From the IMG/VR virus record IMGVR_UViG_3300032245_001163: a stretch of DNA of 64,000 bases, one strand, 5' to 3'. Shown here piece by piece: positions 20,182 to 27,923 of the stretch. A model generated the notes under the pieces. That model did no database searches, had not been told where the DNA came from, and worked only from the letters and a program-made list of their open reading frames with translations. The position numbers and the translations under genes are program-made. Source of the stretch: a virus. Within the stretch, counting starts at the first letter, position 1. Every line of letters begins with the position of its first letter.

Positions 20182-21024
20182 ATGACCCAAACAACCAATC
20201 CGCTACGACAATTTTTTAGACAACCGGCGATATATTTGAAATTGCCCAGTGCTGGAAGATTTTGGCCAGCAGCCTCATTGGATTTGCCTGCCAATGGTGA
20301 ATTGCCTGTGTATCCAATGACTGCCATTGACGAAATCACTTATCGGACCCCAGATGCCTTGTTCAACGGTCAGGCAGTGGTCAGTGTTATACAAAGTTGT
20401 GTACCTGCTATCAAAAATGCCTGGCACATGCCCAACATTGATCTCAGTCCAGTGTTAATAGCTATAAGGATTGCCAGTTACGGGCACGAAATGAGTTTGG
20501 GCACCACATGTCCTGCATGCAAACACGAAGAAGAATACTCACTGGACATGCGCATCATGCTGGACCAGCTTAAATCTCCCAACTTTGCAGAAACATTGAA
20601 CTATGGTGATTTAGAAATTGTTTTCAAACCAGTGTCATATGAACAACAAAATCAAAGCAGCATTGCACAGTTTGAACAACAAAAAATACTGAGTATGTTG
20701 CCAGAGTCAGACCTGCCAGAAGAAGAAAAAATGTCAAAGTTGTCTCAGTCAATGAAAATAATCACTGATCTCACAATAAACATTGTGAGTCAAAGTATCA
20801 CTGCAATCAAAACTGTGAATGCTGCAGTAACTGATTCGGCACAGATTGAAGAATTTTTAAGAAATTGCGAAAGTAAAATTTACAATCAGATTCGAGATCA
20901 TGTGATTTCATTGAGACAACAAAGCGAAATACCACCATTGAACATAAAATGTACTGAATGCAATCATGAATACAGTCAGCCAGTAGATTTGGATATTGCA
21001 AATTTTTTCGCCTCCGCCTCCTAA
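20182..21024 (+). CDS. gp26: Baseplate hub / tail assembly chaperone (T4 gp26-like); likely start MTQTTNPL at 20182
   Basis: YLKLPSAG, PMTAIDE and LIAIRIASYG motifs; two CxxC zinc-ribbon pairs (CPAC, CTEC); ends in NFF. Confidence 0.75.
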   Translation: MTQTTNPLRQFFRQPAIYLKLPSAGRFWPAASLDLPANGELPVYPMTAIDEITYRTPDALFNGQAVVSVIQSCVPAIKNAWHMPNIDLSPVLIAIRIASYGHEMSLGTTCPACKHEEEYSLDMRIMLDQLKSPNFAETLNYGDLEIVFKPVSYEQQNQSSIAQFEQQKILSMLPESDLPEEEKMSKLSQSMKIITDLTINIVSQSITAIKTVNAAVTDSAQIEEFLRNCESKIYNQIRDHVISLRQQSEIPPLNIKCTECNHEYSQPVDLDIANFFASAS

Positions 21025-21239
21025 TCTCTTCTCCTGAACAAATCAGTTCGTATGTAGACAGCCTAGATCGGGAGGCCGAACAAATCCGGGCAGAAAGTTT
21101 AAGATTGTCCTGGTACATGCGAGGCGGTGCCAATTATAATGATGTTATGCAAATGAGCTCTACGGAACGACGACTGATCAGTGAACTGGCCAAAGAAAAC
21201 ATTGAGACCACAAAAAAATCTAACTTGCCCTACTTCTGA
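21000..21239 (+). CDS. -1 frameshift extension of the gp26-like gene (tail-assembly-chaperone GT-like); not in the ORF track
   Basis: The -1 frame is open 20970-21239 and encodes RLRLLISSPEQ...SWYMRGG...ENIETTKKSNLPYF. It has no early start codon, follows the slippery A_AAT_TTT_TTC, and its TGA overlaps the next ATG. Confidence 0.7.
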   Translation, partial: KFFRLRLLISSPEQISSYVDSLDREAEQIRAESLRLSWYMRGGANYNDVMQMSSTERRLISELAKENIETTKKSNLPYF

Positions 21240-21739
21240 TGGATAGAGAAACTGTTATCGCTGACATATTGACCTGGTGCGAAACTTTTGTAGAAGTTCC
21301 GCATCCAGCCCTGGGTGGCTGGCCGCCTTGCCCTTTTGCACGGCAAGCACGCCTCAACAACACTGTACAGGTGTTGATTGGCGCTGATCCTTATTTTGAT
21401 TTGCGCAATAGAGCACGTTGGGGCATGGGACAACACGAAGTTATTGTGTATGCTTATGATCCTGCAGAGTGGCCGTATTCGCGTTTTCACTCTTCAATCG
21501 AGTCGGCTAACACAGAGTTTTTGTTAGGCAAAGATATACTTGCGCTGGAAGATCATCCTGATGATGTAGAAGATGTCAACGGCGTTATAATGAATCAGGG
21601 CCGGTATGCATTAGTACTAGTGCAAAGCCTCAGCAAGTTAAACACAGCCGCAAAGCAAATGGCTGCAAAAGGTTTCTATCACAACTGGCCTGAAGGGTAC
21701 TTGACCGGACTGTTTAATCATAGAGCGGATCCAAGATGA
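21239..21739 (+). CDS. Hypothetical protein with a CPFA motif (DUF1415-like)
   Basis: W...FVE.PHPALGGWPPCPFARQA and EDHP motifs; translationally coupled on both sides. Confidence 0.55.
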   Translation: MDRETVIADILTWCETFVEVPHPALGGWPPCPFARQARLNNTVQVLIGADPYFDLRNRARWGMGQHEVIVYAYDPAEWPYSRFHSSIESANTEFLLGKDILALEDHPDDVEDVNGVIMNQGRYALVLVQSLSKLNTAAKQMAAKGFYHNWPEGYLTGLFNHRADPR

Positions 21740-22173
21740 GCAGTTATCAGTTTGCAAGAATAGATTTGAGTCAAACCAATTACAAGATCACAGTAGAGTG
21801 GATGTATATGACACATCCAGATATTCCCTCACTCAACGCTATCTATCGCGCTTATTGCACACACAAACGCTTTGCCAGTGTGATGCCCATCTTTGATGCA
21901 CGTTATCTTGATCCCATGACTGATGTAATCGGATACTATGACCGAGCAAAACTAGTGGCGTTCTCATTAATTAAACGCTATGACGAGCACAATGCCCTGT
22001 GCGATCAGTTTGCTTGGACATACCATGACCCAAAACTACGCATGGGAATAGAAACAATGAAAGCCGAGTGTGCCATATACAAAGCACGGGGATTCAAGTA
22101 CCTGTATCTTGAACAAGCACACTTGTACAAAAGTGAAATAGACGGATTTGAAATATTAGGACCACTGGAGTAA
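21736..22173 (+). CDS. GNAT-fold protein resembling the C-terminal domain of Arg/Leu-tRNA-protein transferases (ATE1/Bpt)
   Basis: YDRAKLVAFS, DPKLRMG..TMKAEC...KARGFKYLYL...YK pattern parallels ATE_C. Confidence 0.6.
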   Translation: MSSYQFARIDLSQTNYKITVEWMYMTHPDIPSLNAIYRAYCTHKRFASVMPIFDARYLDPMTDVIGYYDRAKLVAFSLIKRYDEHNALCDQFAWTYHDPKLRMGIETMKAECAIYKARGFKYLYLEQAHLYKSEIDGFEILGPLE

Positions 22174-22175
22174 AC

Positions 22176-22517
22176 ATGGATTTATACACAATTTGGGCAG
22201 ACAAAGAAGGAGACATCTCAGATATTGACTGGGTCAACGGAATGAAAAGTTTCTTTGATCATCTAGTCGAAGAGGGCCGAATGGAAACCTATAGAATCAC
22301 ACGTTGCAAAATGGGGTTCCGTAGTATTGCAGACATGCCTGAATGGATGATCATCATGGAGTTCCGAGACATGGGCCAAATGGATAGTGCATTCAAACGT
22401 GTTGCTCCACTCAAAGGCGATCTCGAAACAAAACACAAAAGTTTCAATCAGTTTGTTAGTGGCAACATTCAACATGCACTGTTTAGAGACTGGCCAGATA
22501 CCAACTTAGACGATTAA
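22176..22517 (+). CDS. Small dimeric alpha/beta-barrel-like protein (DUF6614-like)
   Basis: GGAG RBS; YRITRCKMGF..MPEWMIIMEF.DMGQMDSAF pattern. Confidence 0.5.
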   Translation: MDLYTIWADKEGDISDIDWVNGMKSFFDHLVEEGRMETYRITRCKMGFRSIADMPEWMIIMEFRDMGQMDSAFKRVAPLKGDLETKHKSFNQFVSGNIQHALFRDWPDTNLDD

Positions 22518-22898
22518 AGATCTCTAACGAGATCTGTTGATTTCACTTCGTTCATCAACTGATTGTCTTCTAAGTATCATCTAGATACTGTGGTCACAAT
22601 TCACCGTATGCACGGTGAATTGAATGCATCATCTGAGTGACCGCAGTCATCTATTTTAAAGAGATTGTTGTTTCCAACACGGAGGCGGTTGACCGGTACC
22701 CCCTACTCTAGCTTCACATATCAACGGAACCCTAGTAACCCGAAATAGATCCAAGTCCTATGAGCAGGGGTTGCTTTTTCTCATTGCCCCAACCATTTGC
22801 TGCCTTAAGTTAACAGTTGCCTTTGACACCCAAGTCTGCACCGGGTATCGCACCGTTGCTCAATGGGGTTGGGTCAAACACCCAACACAGAGTCGTGA
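22518..22898 (-). ncRNA. Candidate large structured non-coding RNA (~380 nt), family not recognised
   Basis: The only long ORF-free gap in the window. At least 8 stems, including a GAAA-tetraloop hairpin (22666-22679), G-U-containing stems that favour the minus strand, and long-range pairings. Confidence 0.6.
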
Positions 22899-23327
22899 TT
22901 AAATTTTATCTTTGATGTGTGAGCCATGTACACGTACTTGTATATGGCCGTTGTAATAATCTGTTGATTCCAATACCTTCCTACTGAATTGTTCGCGGGC
23001 TTCAACATAACTGCATTCTGCCTTGCTTTTACAATAGTAAAGTATTTCTCTGGAGAAGTTTTCGGTGCCTAGTTTGATTACGTCTGCGGTCAATTCTGGG
23101 CTTGACCCATAGTACTCACGCCAGTCTGAATCGACTTTTGTTCGTATCTTTTTCTTCTTTTTGATGCCGTTCTTTTGATTTACTGTCTTGTACGTTGTTT
23201 TACTAAATTTCGCTAATTTTTTGCCTATGTACTTGCGTCCAGATAGATTATTTGTGATCTGATAAACAAATCCCACACATTCTTCGGGTAGTGTCTCAAC
23301 TGGGGTGTCTTGATAAAACCATGTCAT
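22899..23327 (-). CDS. Minimal GIY-YIG family nuclease (Seg-like catalytic domain only)
   Basis: GFVYQITNNLSGRKYIGKK, YYGSS, YVEAREQF and YYN motifs; Lys-rich insert; no C-terminal DNA-binding domain. Confidence 0.8.
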   Translation of the reverse strand: MTWFYQDTPVETLPEECVGFVYQITNNLSGRKYIGKKLAKFSKTTYKTVNQKNGIKKKKKIRTKVDSDWREYYGSSPELTADVIKLGTENFSREILYYCKSKAECSYVEAREQFSRKVLESTDYYNGHIQVRVHGSHIKDKI

Positions 23328-23369
23328 GTGCTTTTTGGGAAATGCCTTTCGTGTTATAGTTATGCTGCC

Positions 23370-24431
23370 TTAGTATAATTGGAGATTTTTCAAGAGATTT
23401 TGATTTTCGTATAACATGCCTAAATTGTAGCGGTTTTGCTGTTCGTTGTAGCGGCTTAGATAGTTTGATTCTTGCTGTCTGCCTGTATTTGTATAGTCGT
23501 TGCCCAGGCCAAAATGCACAACTCCTGTAGGTTTTAACCCCAGTCGCTCGCACCAATGACGCTGTTGATTTAGATATTTGTACACCATGTAGTCCACAGG
23601 AAACTGCTGTATTAGACTCATGGCCAAGCCAGCACTGAGCCGGTTGCAGATGTTTTCATCATTGCTCATCTGCATGGGATCGCTGGGTTTTTGTTTTAAC
23701 ATACGCACAGCAATCTTGGCGGTTTGCACAGGAAACGTTTTGCTGAGACTGAATGTGATTTCTTTGATGCAATCTGCACTCAGGTCAATGTTCACAACAT
23801 TGACACTGTTGGGCAAGTAGATAAAGTCCACCAACAGATCCACGCCTTGACGATTGCACTGTTCTACCAGCCACTTGAAACGTTCATGTTCTTGTCCGGT
23901 TAGTGCAAATGGCAGGCTGCATATACACGCATCGCCTGGCTGTATGTCAAAGTCATCGTCGATGTACTTCCAGTTGAATCCGGCCTTCTGCCAGATCTCC
24001 ATGTGCCACCAGTAATCGCCACGAAACACTCGCAGTCGTTTGTCTTTGTGCATCATGTACCAGTTCAGGAATGATTCTTGTGTGCCTTGTGAAAACCCCA
24101 CGTATTTGAACTGATCCAAGTTGTGCAATCTGTATGCAGTGCCAGACGCAATCCATTCAGGAAATGCTTCTTGAAACTCATCAACAATCCAACAGTTTCG
24201 CAAATGCTCACTCAAACTTAAACTGTTTACAAAATCAATCACTGTCTGATCTTTGATAGCATTGCCACTGCTGAATATGCTGTGGCCACGTGCTCGCACT
24301 TCCCAGAACTTGGAGTTCTTGGGGTAGGCCCACACAAACTCGCCAGGCGTGTCCAAGCAGTCTTCAGCACTGGCCTTGGCCAAAGCCCAACTGATTCGCC
24401 GTATTAGATTGATTTGTTCAGCAGTCTGCAT
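23370..24431 (-). CDS. PLP-dependent fold-type-I enzyme (aminotransferase-like), copy 2
   Basis: FSQGTQESF, LLVDFIY (PLP-binding Asp) and FSLSKTFPV (Schiff-base Lys). Confidence 0.8.
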   Translation of the reverse strand: MQTAEQINLIRRISWALAKASAEDCLDTPGEFVWAYPKNSKFWEVRARGHSIFSSGNAIKDQTVIDFVNSLSLSEHLRNCWIVDEFQEAFPEWIASGTAYRLHNLDQFKYVGFSQGTQESFLNWYMMHKDKRLRVFRGDYWWHMEIWQKAGFNWKYIDDDFDIQPGDACICSLPFALTGQEHERFKWLVEQCNRQGVDLLVDFIYLPNSVNVVNIDLSADCIKEITFSLSKTFPVQTAKIAVRMLKQKPSDPMQMSNDENICNRLSAGLAMSLIQQFPVDYMVYKYLNQQRHWCERLGLKPTGVVHFGLGNDYTNTGRQQESNYLSRYNEQQNRYNLGMLYENQNLLKNLQLY

Positions 24432-24889
24432 GCTCTCACATAACTTTCGTAATCTTCAGACCAGTTGGGATCATTGCCATTGATCTCATGCCTAGTACGC
24501 AGTATCCAACGCAATGCAGGAAGTTCAAATGCAATGCGCCATGTGCCATTCTTACCAAAGAACAAACATTTGTCCAACACTGTGCCGTCATCACAGTGAT
24601 ATGCACTGTGCCACTTTAGTTCTTGCAAGTCGTAGCCATCTATTTCAATGGTGTCCAGTTCACAACTGCGGTCTTGCACAATCGCACCGTCAGCAACCAC
24701 AGTATCTGTTGAAGGATCTTTGTCATAGTGTTCAATGCTCAAATTTATCTTGTTGTCCACAGGATGACATTGTAGCATGATCAACGGACACACTGAGTTT
24801 TCAAACACCACAGCGTCATTGATCACAATGCGTATGCGGGGCAACCCGTTGCAGTCTTGTATATTTTTAAATTTCAATGCTAAGTTCAT
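24404..24889 (-). CDS. Hypothetical beta-rich protein, paralogue of 25892..26449
   Basis: Shares P.IR..I.D, HY.K, D..G.I..D...E...I.ID and L..G.NG.W...F..P motifs with its paralogue. Confidence 0.75.
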   Translation of the reverse strand: MNLALKFKNIQDCNGLPRIRIVINDAVVFENSVCPLIMLQCHPVDNKINLSIEHYDKDPSTDTVVADGAIVQDRSCELDTIEIDGYDLQELKWHSAYHCDDGTVLDKCLFFGKNGTWRIAFELPALRWILRTRHEINGNDPNWSEDYESYVRACRLLNKSI

Positions 24890-25904
24890 GGCGACAAAAA
24901 GTCCTAAACAAATCCCAGTGTTGATACACTCGGTTCACACAAATACGATTTACAAACAAGGAAGGATCAAAGTCCAGTTGATAAGATTTCAACAGTTCTT
25001 TACGATTGTAGCGATCCCAAGATTGATCACCAATGCCAAAGTTTACACTGTTGGTGGACTGTAAGTCAAATACTTCACATACAGTTTTATATTTACTCTG
25101 CCGACTGGTATAAATCCAGTCTGATTTAAAGTTGTCTAATAAAACGTTTCCTATCAAGGCACCCACATTGTTGTTGTAGCCAATGCTGTGATGCAGTCGT
25201 TGTCCATCAAATGTGCCCGGACGAGTGTATCGCATGCCTATTCGGGCAGTGCCCACAGGCCAGGCCTTGCTGAGAGAGAACGCCACAGTGTCTATGCAAG
25301 TATAACGCAAATCAATGTGTAAGTCATGACTAATGGGCCAATAGCACAGGTCCAACAGCACAGGAATGTTCTGTGCATCGCATATGGACATTATTCGGTC
25401 ATAGTTTTCGACTAGCGCCACAGTGTCGCAAAATGGCACACTTAATACTAAAGCATCGCCGGGCAACAGTGGATCTGACTCATCAATAAAACTCCAATCC
25501 GCATTGCCACTTATCCAAGTCTTGAGATGATAAAAGTATTCGCCCACAAAGCAACGAAAGCGTCTGTGTCTGTGTCTAAAGTAAAAACTATCAAAAGCCT
25601 GTGTGCTGCCTTCGCTGTAGTCTGGCTCGTATTCATCCAATCCTACGATGGTGCTGGTGTTGTGGCTTTGAATCCAGCCAGCAAAACGTTGCTCTAACTG
25701 TCGCAGTTGATCACTGCTGTTGGCAGCACGGACCACATCGTCAGGCCGGATTGATGCAGCCAGCACAGTTTCCACAGCAGGATCTCTATCCACTCTACTG
25801 CCAATGTAATAGCCATTCACTGCCGAACGCACAGCCCAAAAGTCAGCATTGGGGTTCTGTGCCTTGGCCATGGCGATAGCAAACTGTCTGCCTATGTGTT
25901 CCAT
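24867..25904 (-). CDS. PLP-dependent fold-type-I enzyme (aminotransferase-like), copy 1
   Basis: YSEGSTQAF, VLLDLCY and FSLSKAWPVGTARIG motifs. Confidence 0.85.
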   Translation of the reverse strand: MEHIGRQFAIAMAKAQNPNADFWAVRSAVNGYYIGSRVDRDPAVETVLAASIRPDDVVRAANSSDQLRQLEQRFAGWIQSHNTSTIVGLDEYEPDYSEGSTQAFDSFYFRHRHRRFRCFVGEYFYHLKTWISGNADWSFIDESDPLLPGDALVLSVPFCDTVALVENYDRIMSICDAQNIPVLLDLCYWPISHDLHIDLRYTCIDTVAFSLSKAWPVGTARIGMRYTRPGTFDGQRLHHSIGYNNNVGALIGNVLLDNFKSDWIYTSRQSKYKTVCEVFDLQSTNSVNFGIGDQSWDRYNRKELLKSYQLDFDPSLFVNRICVNRVYQHWDLFRTFCRHELSIEI

Positions 25905-26449
25905 ACAATGTCCGGTTGTGCCTGTATCCAGGCCTTGGTTTGTGCCAACAACTCAACATCACTTTGAAAAATAGTGTTGTCCAAGTTTACTGCTAGATTC
26001 TTGCGGCGTTGTATAATGTATTCCACAAACGGTGTGTGAAAGTTCAGTTTCCAAATGCCGTTGTGGCCCAAGTACAAGTTGGGTGTGATACTGGGCGGCA
26101 GCGGGGTGCCTTGGTCCAGTTGTTGTTGATAATACACAGGATTATACACAGGATAGAAGTGCGCTTGTCGCAGTTCGTCTATGTTAAATGCAATGTCATC
26201 TATGCCAATGCTCAGTATCTCAACGTGCTTGTCTATGATGATACGGCCTGATGCATCCAACACATGATCATGATCTTGTTTGTTGTAGTGGCTGATCACC
26301 AGTTCGTGGAATCCAGGTGCAACACCCACAGTGGCTGAGATGTGTTCCTGTGCTGGGCCATCAAAGAAAGGTGCACCTTCGTCTATGGTACAACGTATGT
26401 GTGGCGCACCCAGTCTGGTTTCGCAGTGTAAAAAGATCTCAATGTTCAT
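25892..26449 (-). CDS. Hypothetical beta-rich protein, paralogue of 24404..24889
   Basis: See paralogue; overlaps both neighbouring genes. Confidence 0.75.
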   Translation of the reverse strand: MNIEIFLHCETRLGAPHIRCTIDEGAPFFDGPAQEHISATVGVAPGFHELVISHYNKQDHDHVLDASGRIIIDKHVEILSIGIDDIAFNIDELRQAHFYPVYNPVYYQQQLDQGTPLPPSITPNLYLGHNGIWKLNFHTPFVEYIIQRRKNLAVNLDNTIFQSDVELLAQTKAWIQAQPDIVWNT

Positions 26450-27923
26450 TCAAGATTCTTTCGTACTTGTTGCGAATAAAAGTCAACTGGTCATCGCCTT
26501 TCCAGAATGTATATCCCAGGCTAATAGCCAGTTCCTGTGCTTCGATCCTGCGTAGCACACGTTCTTTGTATGTGAGTTCAGTATTGTGTTTGTGCATCCA
26601 AAACACATCTGCAGGCCGCTTGCCGTCTACACCCACAAGGTTAAACCGTTCAGGATTGAGGTATACAGGTGTGCCTTCGCCTATGGTCAGGCTGGTGCCA
26701 AAGTTGATGCCCATCAGTGTGCCATCAGCCACATAGCGTTGATATTTTCTCAGCAAGTCTAGTGTCTCATCAAAGTCCTCACGTGTCTCACTGGGCCAGC
26801 CCACAATCATTAGAAAGTACAGTTTGATTTTGTATCGACTGGCCATTTGCACAGTAAAGTCCAAGTCTGCACTATTGAAGCCCTTGGCCATTTCTTTGCG
26901 CACACGGTCTGACCCTGTTTCCACACCAATCAACAGTGTATCAGCACCGCCACGACTGATCAAGGCCCAATCCGCTTCCTGCCACTGATTGGGTTTGCGC
27001 ACAATGTACATGCCGCTGTATTTTAATGTGCGTTCTGGCAATCCATGCCGTTCATAATACTCAACCAGTCTGCGATTGAACTGTCTAAAGTCCTTTAAAT
27101 CACCATTGATCAAACTGTCATTGAAGTAGTAATTGGTTGTACCATGCTGATGATAGTAGCCCACACACTCTTCGAACAATTGGTCTCCGGGCTTGCTGCG
27201 GAATCCTCCGGCATACACAGGCCAGTCACAGAACGAGCAACTTCGCACACAACCACGACTGCTTTCCAAGGGCAACTGCCCATCTGAATAGCCACTGTGG
27301 TATGCACAGATGTCATGATCAGAGAAGTCATATGCAGGAACTTCCGTCATTGAACTGCGTTCAGCAAAAGCATCTGAGTTGATGCCAGGGAAAGTGTCGT
27401 TGCCACGTAGCAGTTCAGGCAAGGCTTTTTCTGCTTCGCCTTGTATGTAATAGTCTATCACACCTGCAGCCATGAGTTCTTTGGCAAAGTAAGGGTCTTC
27501 GTTAAAACTGGTGTTTTCACTTTTGATCATGCCCTGCCCACCTATCACAATTTTGGCAGTAGTTGCAGTTCTAAGTTGCGTGATAAAGTCTCTAGCAAAG
27601 TTTTGACATTGCCAGGTAAAGATGCTGATCAAAATCCATTTGGGATCCTGAGCAACTATGTGCTCAATCCAGTGTGTTAAAAACTGTTGATAACTTTGTT
27701 TGGTCTCAGCGGACAACACAATGTTGTCATTGTACAAATATCTATCAAGTTCTTGAAACTGTTCTGCACCGTACTGCACAGCAAAGCGATTGAAAAAATC
27801 AATGTTGATGTCTACCAGTTGATTTGACACATGAATATTGTTCAACAAACTTTTGATCAGCGCCGTGCCTGCACTGGGCCTGCTGGGTGCCATTCTTGGT
27901 ATGTTAACAATCACTGCGTCCAT
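26439..27923 (-). CDS. Cobalamin-binding radical SAM enzyme
   Basis: SRGCVRSCSFC (CxxxCxxC), an N-terminal B12-binding-like domain (IVIGG, QGEAE), FNDSLING and IGVETGS motifs. Confidence 0.88.
   Translation of the reverse strand: MDAVIVNIPRMAPSRPSAGTALIKSLLNNIHVSNQLVDINIDFFNRFAVQYGAEQFQELDRYLYNDNIVLSAETKQSYQQFLTHWIEHIVAQDPKWILISIFTWQCQNFARDFITQLRTATTAKIVIGGQGMIKSENTSFNEDPYFAKELMAAGVIDYYIQGEAEKALPELLRGNDTFPGINSDAFAERSSMTEVPAYDFSDHDICAYHSGYSDGQLPLESSRGCVRSCSFCDWPVYAGGFRSKPGDQLFEECVGYYHQHGTTNYYFNDSLINGDLKDFRQFNRRLVEYYERHGLPERTLKYSGMYIVRKPNQWQEADWALISRGGADTLLIGVETGSDRVRKEMAKGFNSADLDFTVQMASRYKIKLYFLMIVGWPSETREDFDETLDLLRKYQRYVADGTLMGINFGTSLTIGEGTPVYLNPERFNLVGVDGKRPADVFWMHKHNTELTYKERVLRRIEAQELAISLGYTFWKGDDQLTFIRNKYERILNEH

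Noticed and set aside
20050-20190. ORF-track starts at 20050 (+) and 20190 (-), also 32611, 33477 and 40023
   Set aside because: These extensions overlap neighbouring genes or promoters. Downstream ATGs with an RBS or stop-start coupling fit better.
22518-22898. Identification of the structured element as tRNA, tmRNA, RNase P RNA or a group I/II intron
   Set aside because: No T-loop/CCA ends, no RNase P GAGGAAAGUCC motif and no interrupted gene. A GTGCG is present but there is no convincing group II domain V.
22899-23327. GIY-YIG as an intron-encoded or classic mobile homing endonuclease
   Set aside because: It is free-standing, interrupts no gene and lacks NUMOD/HTH DNA-binding extensions.
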